NCBI RefSeq assembly: GCF_036971445.1
Contig: NC_091474.1
Span: 172,856,001 to 172,920,000 of the forward strand
Length of the DNA stretch: 64,000 nt
Reading direction: 5' to 3'
Source of the DNA: Narcine bancroftii
Taxonomy: Eukaryota
Made by a program: the position numbers and the translations under genes. Under the pieces are notes generated by a model. It was not told the DNA's origin. It saw only the letters and a program-made list of their open reading frames with translations, and made no database searches. Shown one piece after another: positions 13,050 to 24,500 of the stretch. Numbering within the stretch: position 1 is the stretch's first letter; each line of letters starts with the position of its first letter.

Positions 13050-14231
13050 TATTAAAAAAAACATTTTTAGAAATAAAAATATTTAATATACATGAACTCT
13101 GATCTAGTCTGGTTCAAGGATCAGTATTGTGCGCATGACAACCCTTAGTGTTTGCTGAATAAGCTAGCGGGAGCTGTGAAGATGACGAGCTATATGCTGT
13201 TTCTACTCTCAAAAACATGGCAGAAAAAAGAAAGAAAACTTATCATTTTCACAGTGAATGGGAGGAAGAGTTCTTTTTTACTACTGTGAAAGAAAACTGT
13301 GTGTGTCTCATTTGCGGGGTGACTGTGGCGATGGCAAAGCAGCACAATGTGGAGAGACTTCAGTATGTGTCACAAAAGCTACCATGCTAACTACCCACTG
13401 GGCAGCGCACTATGGGCAGAAAAAGCCCACAACTTAAAGGCAGCTTTGGGCAAATTGCAGTCTTTTTTCACAAGGCCGGTGAAAAACTCCCAAAAAAACA
13501 ACTGAAGCCTCATTCAGAGCTCCATATTTTTTGATAAAGAAGAAGAAGGGATTTTCAGACGGGAAGGTTTTCAATGATGATAATTGCAAACACTGTGTTT
13601 AAAGATGAGAAGAATGGAGCTGATGTCATATCCACTCTCTCCGATGTTCAACTGGGGACAAGGATGATGATTGGAAGAGTTTCGGCTATGTCTGGAAACT
13701 TGGTATATGCACAGCAGCTATGAAGGTTGCCGGCCTGTTTCGTTCAACCTTTCTCCATGAACCAGCCTTTTTTAACATAAACTTCATCAAGAACAAACAC
13801 AGAACACACCTCAGTGATGCACATCTGCAAGACTCACTCAAAGTTGCAATGTCAAGTTACACCCCAGATTACAGTACACTGATGAGCAGCATGCAATGCC
13901 AGGCTTCCCACTGACAAAAAAAAACATAACAGATGTTGTCAGTGGCAACATGGCAGTGCCATAGTAAAGTTAAATACTGTTGAAGTTGATAAGTTTTTAT
14001 ATGAAATTACCCATCTTTTAATGTTTATTTTTACTGACTCCAACAAATTCAAATATTGAAAAATTATGACAAATGTGTTCGTAAAGTGTGACAGATATGA
14101 TGATTTTGTTAAAAATGCTGCAGATTTGGTGATTAGTACAAAATGTGATAAGATTTATTTAGAAATCTGAAAGAGTTGATTTTTGTTAAATCTTACATAA
14201 TTGATAACTTGTACAAACATGGTACATAGTT

Positions 14232-14572
14232 TTTTAAAAAACTTTATTTATTCATTCAAAAAAACAAATAGTACATGACATATACAACAATTAACCATAA
14301 ACATGAACATTATATTTTATATATAGAAAAAAAAGAAAAAAAGAAAAGAAAAGAACCCCCACCCCTTCAGCCAACTCTCCTAAGGAGAGCCATAAAAAAA
14401 GAAAAAAGAAAAAATATTAAAGAAAAATTAAATATACATATTAAGATCTATTCAATGTAAATTGAAATGTAAATATTCTGAATATAACAACCACTTATTA
14501 ATTAAAAAACTATAATTATCATGCGAAACATGTAATTTTTTCCATTATTAAACAATATCTCATCTCATAAAT
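14232..14572 (-). mobile_element. 5'-truncated L1 3' end inserted antisense in the hAT
   Basis: TSD atggtacatagtt (14219-14231, 14573-14585); T-run and tttattt (AATAAA on the minus strand); the minus strand reads EMRYCLIMEKIT, like an L1 ORF2 C-terminus. Confidence 0.8.
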
Positions 14573-16283
14573 ATGGTACATAGTTCATGATTTGTTAAAA
14601 ATTGTTAGAGTTAGTGGCTATTAAAAATGGGACATGGCGATTTCCTATGAAATGTTGCAAAAGTGATCATTTGAAAATGAAACAGTTGCAGAGATTAATA
14701 GAAATAAAGTGTTGCATGTTGAAACGTATCTGTTTCCTACCTTGTTAAATCATTAATAATTATTGTGAGGAATCATTAACATAATTAGTGTCTTCACATA
14801 GATAATATCATTAATAATAATATATAATTAAAGGTAAACCATGCAACTTTGTTATTTCAGAAGTGTGTACTAAACTGGTAGCCCTTTGTATTACTCAGTA
14901 CCCTTAAATTAGCTCACAGTTTCAAAAAGGTTGGTGACCCCTGATTTAGAGTATTAAATACATTTGGAATTCTGAATACTTTTATACATTGGATAAGAGC
15001 ATTATATAATCAACCTAAGCTGAAATAGTTACAAATAGACAAATATCAAAACCTTTTCTATTAGATATATTATCTAGACAAGGATAACAAGGTCCGTTAA
15101 CACCATTTTTATTTGCATTAGCTATAGAACCTTTGGCAGAAACAATTAGAAGAGATAAAGAAATTAAAGGTTTTGAGATAGATAATAAAGAACATTAAAT
15201 CTTTTTTTTTTGCAGATGATATTATAGTTTATTTAACAAAACCAGAAATATTGAATAAATTAAGTGTAAGATCAGCTGAATTTGGCTTAGTTATCTGGTT
15301 ATACAGTTAACGTTGATAGAAGTGAAGTGATGCCTATGGTTGATATGGACTATACACAAAGTGATGAAGTTCAAATGGCAAAAAGAAACAATTAAATATT
15401 TTGGAATAAAAACTGATTTATTTTAATTACATTATTTACCACTTCCTAAAAAGGTATAGGATGATTTAAAAAGATGGAAAGATTTACCGCTAACTTAAAT
15501 AGGGAATGTAAATTGTATTAAGATGAACATTTTTCCAAGAATACAATATTTGTTTCAATCATTACCCCTTTCAAAACCAGAAAAGTTTTTTTTCTGAAAT
15601 TTAAATAAAAATATACAGGAATTTATTTGGAAAGGTAAAATGACAAGAATTGTTTTGGAAAAACTAACTTGGAAATTTGAAGGGAGGAGGATTACCAAAT
15701 TTTAAAAATTACAATAAATCAGCTCAATTAAGATCCTTGTCCTCCTGTTATCAAATTGTTGAGAAAATAGCTTGGGTTCAGATTGGGATGAGTAAAATTG
15801 GAGAACCGATTCCTGAGCAATTTTTGTATGAGTGGAACAGTGAATTAATAAAAGGGAAAATAGAAGAGCCAATTTAAAAAAAAGATATTGAAGCTATGGA
15901 ATGGGATACCCAAAATAATGTTAAGAAATAATCAACTTATTCCTTTTACTTTGAATAATTCTTTATTTGATAGTTGGTAGAGGAAAGGTTTAGAGGAGAA
16001 AAGATTGTTTTATCGGATCTTTTTTTCTGACTTTTGAACAATTGAAAGATAAATACGATATACAATATAACACAACTTTGGCATATTTTATCAACTTAAA
16101 TCATACTTAAAAAGGAAATTAAGTACGAATCTAAGACTTCCGGAGCAAAGTCACTTTGAATATTTAATTACAGATACATTTATTGAGAAATTTATTATTA
16201 ATATGTATATAAAATTGCAAGATACTATGGGGAAGAAGGATTTATATAAATCTAAACAAAGGTGGTAAAAACATTTAAATATA

Positions 16284-18960
16284 CGAGGGGGAGGTGTGGC
16301 ATTGCTTGTCAGGGAAGATATTACAGCAGAGCTGAGCCAAGATAGACTGGAGAACTCATCGCGGGTGGCTCTGTGGGTTGAACTAAAAAATAAGAAAGGT
16401 GAGGCTACAAATATAAGGGTATATTATAGGCTGCCAAAAGAGGATAGGGAACTGGAAGAGCAAATGTGCAGGGAAATAGCTGAGATGTGTAGTAGAAATA
16501 GGGATGTGATAGTTGGGGACTTCAATTTTCCTAACATTGATTGGGAAACACAATCAGTGAGAGGGCAGGATGGCTTAAACTTTGTACAATGTGTTCAGGA
16601 TTGCTTTTTACAGCAGTAGGTTGAGGTGCCTACGAGAGGGGAGGCAGTGTTAGATCTATTGTTAGGGAACGGAATAGGGCAGGTGACAGAAGTGTGCGTT
16701 GGTGAGAACTTTGGATCCAGTGATCATGGTCCATTAGCTTCAACTTAAATATGGAAAGGGAAAGGTCAGGTCCGAGGTTGAAGGTCTTCGAGTAGGGGAA
16801 GGCCAGATTTGAAGAAATGAGAAGGGATTTGCAGAAAATTATATGGGCTGATCTTTTTTTCTGGAAAGGGTGTAGAGGAGATTTGGAGGGTATTTAAAGA
16901 AGAGATATTGAGAGTACAGGATCTTTACATGCCAGTCAGATCGAAAGGCAAGGTCAAATGTTCAATGAACCATGGTTTTCTGGAAAAATAAGGAAGTTGG
17001 TTCAGGATAAAAGTAAATTTAAGAAGCAAAAAATGGATAAGATATATGATTATTACATAGATTGCAGAAAAAAGAAGGAAATTAGAAAGGCAAAAAGAAG
17101 GTATGAGGTGTCAATAGCTGATAAGGTAAAAGTGAATCCTAAGGGTTTTTAGAGATATGCAAATAGTAAAAGGAGGGTTAAGGATAGAGTAGAACTGCTG
17201 GAAAATGGGAGCGATGAACTGTGCGAGGAGCCTTATCAGATGCGAGAGATATTAAACAATTTTTTTCTCATCTGTTTTCACGAAGGAAAAGGACATTTGA
17301 CTATGTGAGATAAGAGAGGCAAATGGATTAGTTATGAAAAAGATAGGGATTAATAAAGAGAGGGTTTTGGAGCTTCTAGGGTCAGTAAAAGTGGATAAGT
17401 CTCCTGGACTTAATGGGATTTTCCCCAGGACATTAAGGGAGGTCAAGGAGCAAATAGCAGAAGCACTGTCAGTGATTTTTCAACGATCACTGGAGGAGGG
17501 TGTGATGCCGCTGGATTGGAGGGTTGCTAATCTAGTTCCGTTGTTTAAAAAAGGCACGAGGTGTCGGCCAAGTAATTATAGGCCTGTAGGTTTGACTTTG
17601 GTGTTATGGAGGGAATTCTTAGAGATGGTGTGTATAAATATCTGGATAGGTAGGGATTGATCGGGAGCACCCAGGATGGGTTTGTGAAGTGGAAGTCATG
17701 TTTGACAAACCTTGTTGAGTTTTTTGAAGTAACAAGAAAGGTGGATGAAGGTAGGACAGAAGATGTAGTCTATCTGGATTTTAGCAAAGCTTTTGATAAG
17801 GTTCCACATGAAAGGTTAGTGAGGAAGGTTCAGTATCTAGGGATTAATAGAGAAACAGTAAGATGGGTTCAGAGGTGGCTGGAGGAGAAACAGCAGAGGG
17901 TCATGGTGGACAACACTGTCAGGATGGAAACCTATGACGAGAGGCGTGCCTCAAGGATCGGTGCTAGGTCCCCTGTTGTTCATAATTTATATTAATGATT
18001 TGGATGATAGGGTGGTTAACTGGGTAAGTAAATACACAGATGATACGAAAATAGGGGGAGTGGTGAATAGCAAGGAAGGTTTTCAGGGATTACAGAAGGA
18101 TTTGGTGTGTCTGGAAAATTGGGCTGAAAGATGGCAGATGGAATTTAATGTAGAGAAGTGTGAGCTGCTTCATTTCGGGAAAAAAAGAATCAAAATAGAA
18201 CATATGTAATAAAGGGGAGGACATTGGGGAATGCTCAAGAACAAAGAGATCTTGGAGTTATGGTGCAGCATTCCTTGATGGTGGATTCCCATGATGTCAG
18301 GATGATTAAGAAGGCATTTATATGTTAGCCTTCATAAATCATAGCATAGTGTATAGGAGCTGGGAAGTGATGCTGTTTAAGGCGTTGGAGGCCAGCTTGT
18401 GAGTATTGTGTTTTGTTCTGGTCTCCAAATTATAGGAAGGATATAGATAAGGTGGAAAGGGTGCAGAGAAGATTTACAAGGATGTTGCCTGGCTTAAAAA
18501 ACCTAGAGTACAGAGAAAGATTGAAGAGGTTAGGACTTTATTCATTGGAACATAGACAGTTGAGAGGGGATTTGATAGAGGTGTTTAAAATCATGAAGGG
18601 AATAGACAGACTAGATGCAAGTAGATTCTTCCCCCTGAGAGCAGGGGAGGTTGAAACAAGAGGATACAAGTTAAGGGTAAGGGGGCAAAATTTTAGAAGA
18701 AACATTAGATGATGCTTCTTCACTCAGAGAGTGGTGGCTGAAAGGAATAATCTTTCGGAGGAAATAACTGAGGCAGAGTCAATTCTTTCATTTAAGATGA
18801 GGGGCTGGATATATACGTGGATAGGGAGAGGGGGGTTGGAGGGTTATGAGCGGAGAATAGGCAGGGGGATCTAGCGGAATTGTTTGAGTGAACCGGCGTG
18901 GACTTGAAGGGGCGAGATGGCCTGTTTCCATGCCTTAAATTGTTATATGGTTATATGGTT
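16284..18960 (+). mobile_element. CR1-clade LINE (endonuclease and RT, 5'-truncated) inserted in the L1
   Basis: Reads [48 protein letters not shown] and ERVQRRFTRMLPG; 3' tail of ttatatgg repeats. Confidence 0.93.
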
Positions 18961-21579
18961 AAATTCAAGAAAAATATGGTCAAGATTGTGTCAAGAGAGT
19001 GTTACAAGTACAATTAATGCTAGATATCAAATGGTTGAATACAATTTTCTACATCTATACTATACTCCATATAAATTAAATGGACTTAATTCCAATTTTT
19101 CTGATAAATGTTTTCGATGTAATAAGATAATAGGGATTTTTTTTACATTCGGACTTGTCCTGTGTAAAAATTGAAGAATTTTGGAAGGATTTGAGTATAT
19201 TATTAGCACAAATTATGCAGATACAAATACAAAAAGATCCAAGAATATTTGTGCTTGATATATGAAGCAGATACAAAATTGAAGTTGGATAAATATTTTT
19301 TAAAAAAATTTATGTATAACAACAGCGACTGTGAAGAAATGTGTAGTAATAAGGTGGAAAATGGAGAATTTTGTAATAATAGATAGATGGAACATTGCAA
19401 TGCAAAACTATATACCATTAGAAAAAAATCACTTATTGTTTAAGGATCTATAAGATCTGGGAACCGTATATAGATTTTGTGAATAAAAGTCCATCCACAT
19501 CTTCCAAATCACCCTCTTCTCTCAGTCAACAGTTAATAATTAATGGCTAGAAAATAAAATAACTATGGTAATAATAGCAAATATATAGATTTAGGTGTTT
19601 TTCTCTTTTTCTCTCGTTTCTTTGGGATAGGATGGAAGGGTTGGGGAGAAAATAGATTTTAAAAAATTGTATCATTTTGTATTATGTTGTTATAAGATAT
19701 TATCTTTATTGAGTTTATATTGATGCAAATGATAAATAAAATTTTCAAAAAGAAACCTGTCATTTAACAAGACTGAGGTATACCCAATATTTCTATCCTT
19801 TAAAATCTTGTTGATCAAAAATCTATTAACCTCAGATACAAAATTAACATTTCGACCTGAATCAATTGCTATTTGTGGAAAGTTCCAAATTTTGACCTTT
19901 ACTCTATTTAAAACGTCTAAGATTTTTTTTGCCGAAAAGCCCTAAAGTCTGATTTGAAACTTTAGGCAGAGCATTCAGGTGCTGGACTCTCAACTAGCAG
20001 TAATCAGCCAAGAAAATGAAGACCAAAAATCCATTAGCAATAACCTTTTTGGGATAGATCACAAATATGGCACAGTTTGCAGTATATGATCTCACTTCCA
20101 TCTGAATTTTATGTAAAACATTGATTTACAAAGAGTCCATTCAAAAGGATATAAGTAAACATACCACGAGCTTCACTTTAGCAACTAACACATAACACTA
20201 CCCACCAAACCAAAACTGACCAGCTGTTAAATCAAGTATGTACCAAAAATAAAATTGGCTCTATTTCTAAAGAAACTATCACCACTTTGGCTTCTATTTA
20301 ATTTAGGGCATTTTGCATTACTTCCTTTTGAACAGGGTGTACAAATTTAGATTCCCTTCCATAAACATTCTCAGAGTATAAACAGAGTATTTTTAGAACA
20401 CATGAAACTGGAGCTATGTACAGTACTTGGAAAAAAATGATTTCAGTCAGAATTTTTTAAACTAAACTTAAAATTCCCAAAAAGAATTTGAGAGAAGGGT
20501 GAAAAGGGGCATGCGTGGGGGAGGGATGGGGGAGCAGGGGTAGAGGGAAATGTTCACTGCTAATTAAATCCACCAGGGGGAACTCTTTACATAATGAATC
20601 AAATTCATGGCTAATTATACCAATTATCACATTGTTCACTAATCTTTGAATCTGTGGTAGAAATACTAAGTCAATGCTGACAGGGTAAAAAAAAAAGGAA
20701 ATTCAATAAATAAAGGTCCTGCCTGTACATGTAGTGCGATAATCTTTCTTTCCCCAATGAATATAAGTACCACACAATATTTTTTCACTGTGTGGAAAAC
20801 TAATCTTCATCTTTAAGTATATTACAGGCAAATTTAAATTATGTGGCTTGACAATTAATCAATTGTGAGTTTCTGGGTCTATCTTGTGTACATCAGAGTA
20901 AAATAAATGTTGCACAAGGTACACCATGGATTTGTCCAGCTTATCTCCAATGCCATTGGTTGAAGCTAAATATTTCACCATGCAGCAAAGCCATAGAAAT
21001 CCCCCTTTTGAGAATGGGCTGCAGTTTATTTTGAGATTTTTAATGCTGTTATTTCTTCCTGTTAATGGACTTCTGTATCTGATGCTGAACTCACAGTGCA
21101 GTACTAAATATTAGAATCATGGCTCTGATGCACTGGTGAGATGATAATTGATGAGTGCCAAAATAGGAACTCATATTCTCGTAAAAGCCTCGAAACTACA
21201 ACTTCTGTAGCGCTATGTATAGAGGACGATATGAGTCAGCAAAAAATTATACAAGTGATCAATTTCTTGATTCACTTGTAATACTAGCAGGTCAACCTAT
21301 TTAAGGAGCTTCCCACAATTCAGAATATTAGCTATTCTCTAGTCTTCTGGAACCTCAACTTTGTGACTAATTAAGATGCAAAAATATCATGTCAGGGCTC
21401 CAGCTATCCTACCTTGCTTCCCACTGCAAAACTTGATAAATCTCATCCCGTCCTGGGGATTTATCCTCCCTTTTACATCTGACAACATGTAACATTTCCT
21501 CCTCTTTTATACTGACCTACTCCAGGTTCCAGAACTAACCACTTCCAATCCTTCTCCTTGGTGAAAACTAATGAGGAGT

Positions 21580-24500
21580 TGTAGCGGTGCGCTTGGAGGG
21601 AGTGGGCAGAACTAGCGCTAACAGCTCCCGTCTTGTGACAGCAAGACACAACAGCCTCCTACCTACTGGCAACTAACCACTACAGCCATGAAGCATAATG
21701 ACGCAGCAGCACCCATAGGTCTACTGAGAAGCCCAGGTCTACTCAACGTAGCTACGTCATGAGGACGTTAGCACTTCAGCTGTCATGACGCCAGGTCACA
21801 TATTGTGTGTCTATATCAAGCCTGATAACACTGTGCAGTGCACTGGAATTCACTGGTAGTGTGTTGTGCTGATGGCTGGCTCCACCCCCATCTGCTCACA
21901 TATAACCCTGGTTTCCTGCCTAAACACAGAACCCTTCTGAAGACCACTGTGGGACTCTATCCCCAGTTATAAGCTAATAAAAGCATTTGTTTTTCCCTCC
22001 AGTCATGAGAGCTTTTATTCACGCTACAATTTTATTAGCTTATTCCCTAAATGATACAAGCGCTACACAAGCCAGACATGCTGATGATGAACCCTCTGTC
22101 CCCCAACGTGACTAAGGAGTTCACGTACTAGCTAGACTGCTTCCAGGCCTACCAGATGGCAACCAGAGACATTTTCCACACCGATGAACTCAGGAGATCC
22201 GCACTTGTTTTGAGGGTAGGAACGAAAGGGTATGAAGTCATCAGGGACTGCACTACATATGATGCTGCCATTGAGCTGTTGAAGGCACATTACCTAAAGG
22301 CGCTAAATGACGTACTAGCAAGGAACTGACTTGCTCTACATCACCAACGACCAGGAGAGACCATCGATGATTACCTTCTGGATCTGTGGACGCTATTAAA
22401 AGCCACTAATTTCCCCCTCTCGGCTGAAGCCCAAACAGCTTTTAACTATCTCTGGAATCCAATTGCAAAAACTGCCATGCATGCGGTGGTCGAGAATGTA
22501 CCTTCCCAAGTGGAAAGCGACACTTCAGACGTAGCCCTGGCCACTACCCTCAACTAGACAGGCAGGCTGTTTGCATTTTTTTCGCAGACATTACAAGGCC
22601 ACGAGCTCTGGAACCCATTGGTGGAAAAGGAGGCTCAAGCCATTGTAGAAGCCTTGAGGCACTGGAGACACTACCTGGGTAGTAGGAAATTTACACTCCT
22701 CACTGACCAGTGCTCTGTCGCATTCATGTTTAATAATGTCAAGATAGGAAAAATCAAAAATGAAAAAATGACAAGGTGGAGGATCGAGTTCTCCATCTAC
22801 AATTATGACATTGCCTATCAGCCAGGAGCCCTTAATGACCATCCAGATGCCTTATCCAGAGGAAGCTGTGCCTCTGCACACACTGGCCCACTGTGGTCTC
22901 TGCATAATGAGCTCTGCCATCCAGGGGTTACCCACATGGCTCATTTTGTCAAGGCGCGTAATCTGCCCTACTCCATGGAAGACGTCAGGGAAATGACCAG
23001 GTCTTGCCAGGTCTGTGCGAACTGCAAGCTGCACTTCTACCGCCCCACAAAGATGCATCTGATCAAGTCATCCAGGACTTCTCCCCTCCATGAACAAGAA
23101 CACCTTCTTCCTCTCTATCATTGATGAGTACTCCCGCTTCCTGTTCGCCATTCCATGTCCAGACACATCCACTTCATCAGTCATAAAGGCCCTAGATTCC
23201 ATTTACACCCTGTTCGGGTATCCCAGCTATATTCATAGCGACCAGAGCTATGTCAGTTCCTCATCCAGCATGACTACTAAGGAACAGGCAGTTTGAAAAG
23301 GAGAATGCCACAGTCTGGATGGCTGACAAACTGGCCCTGATGTCAAAAGGTCTTTCAGACTCATGCTGGCAGAAAGTCCTCCCTATGGCAGTCTATTCCA
23401 TCTGGTCGCGGCTATGTACCGCGACCAATGCTACTCCTCACGAGCTTCTATTCAATTTTGAAAGAAGGCCGGTATCAGGAACTACACTCCCAACCTGGCT
23501 CACCACCCCTGGTCCAGTCCTCCTCAGGAAACACACGAGGAGAAGCAAGACCAACCCCCGGTGGAAATGGTGAAAATGATACATGCTAATCCCACATACG
23601 CCTATGTGGAGTACCCGGGTGGCAGGGAGGACACCGTCTCAATCACGGACCTGGCACCTGCCTCAAGTGCCTTGCGAAATATGGAGCTCATTCTTGCCAC
23701 CCCCAGTCAGGACCTCAGGGGATCCGGTTCACGAGGAAAGTGCATCCCCTTCCACTTGAGCTGGAGACCCAGCCCACCTCTCCTACCTCACAAGGGGACC
23801 AGGAGTCCCAAGGAATCCAAGGTTTCTCGGTGCTAAGGTGCTCCACCAAGATCTCCAGACCCCTGGACCACTTAAATTTGTAAATTTGTAAATAAGTGTA
23901 TATTTTTCAACCATTTTTTTCTGGACCCATGTTCTCTGTCTTCATTCACAGTCCCTAAATTCTACAGGAAGGGATGAATGCAGTGAACTGGGATTCACTG
24001 GTAGGGTGTTGTGCTGATGGCTGGCTCCGTCCCCATCTGCTTACATATAACCCTGGTTTCCCACCTAAACCCTGAGCCCTTCTGAAGACTACACTGAGAC
24101 CCTACCCTCAGCTATAAGCTAATAAAAGCATTTGTTCTCCCTCCAGTTGTGAGAGTTTTTATTCACACTACACACTGTAATAAATGCTGCTCTCTTCGCT
24201 GGCTGGCAACTTCAAGTGTGGTCTCGTTATTTCAACATAATAGCATATGAGCACAATCATTATCTGCCACATTGGTGACCCCGACGGGTCTAGCCGGTAG
24301 CTAGACCCTACAACGAACAAGCTCAATGGCATCGTGCCAATGAGCCAGCCATAAATAATGGACACGCTCCATGGCCAAACTCAAATTAATTTGCTACAGC
24401 AACGCACCAATGAGCCACAACAAGCACCTTGCTTGCAGTAACGCTCCAATGAGCCAGGAACAAATGACGGACAGCCTGACCCAACTGAACCTACTTTGGG

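Larger units (their letters stand above)
12638..14943 (+). mobile_element. hAT DNA transposon (Charlie/GTF2IRD2-like transposase), internally deleted
   Basis: TIRs cagggggtcacaaa and ttggtgacccctg; perfect 8-bp TSD ATTTAGAG (12630-12637, 14944-14951). Transposase N-terminus MAEKRKKTYHFHSEWEEEFFFTTVKENCVCLICG (~13217) is joined to the hAT C-terminal dimerization segment ending QCQASH* (13914). Confidence 0.93.
4835..19755 (+). mobile_element. Near full-length, degenerate L1-clade LINE, interrupted by Gypsy (7852-12155), hAT (12638-14943) and CR1 (16284-18960)
   Basis: ORF1 relics (MAPKK at 4953; LENFSRR-NIKIVG; RPRPILVKFLRH). ORF2 relics: APE endonuclease (LQETHL, SSFNSKARDAAILI), RT (KAPGEDGF, LDAEKAFD, FADD ~15210) and C-terminal DKCFRC. 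AATAAA plus A-rich end ~19735-19755. The L1 sequence resumes collinearly after each insertion. Confidence 0.9.

Noticed and set aside
13217-13914. GTF2IRD2/EPM2AIP1-like host gene
   Set aside because: It lies between TIRs with an 8-bp TSD, is frameshifted and lacks the core domain, so it is a transposon relic.
21580-21833. Retrozyme-like hammerhead in the LTR of the non-autonomous element
   Set aside because: No CUGANGA...GAAA core was found in either LTR.
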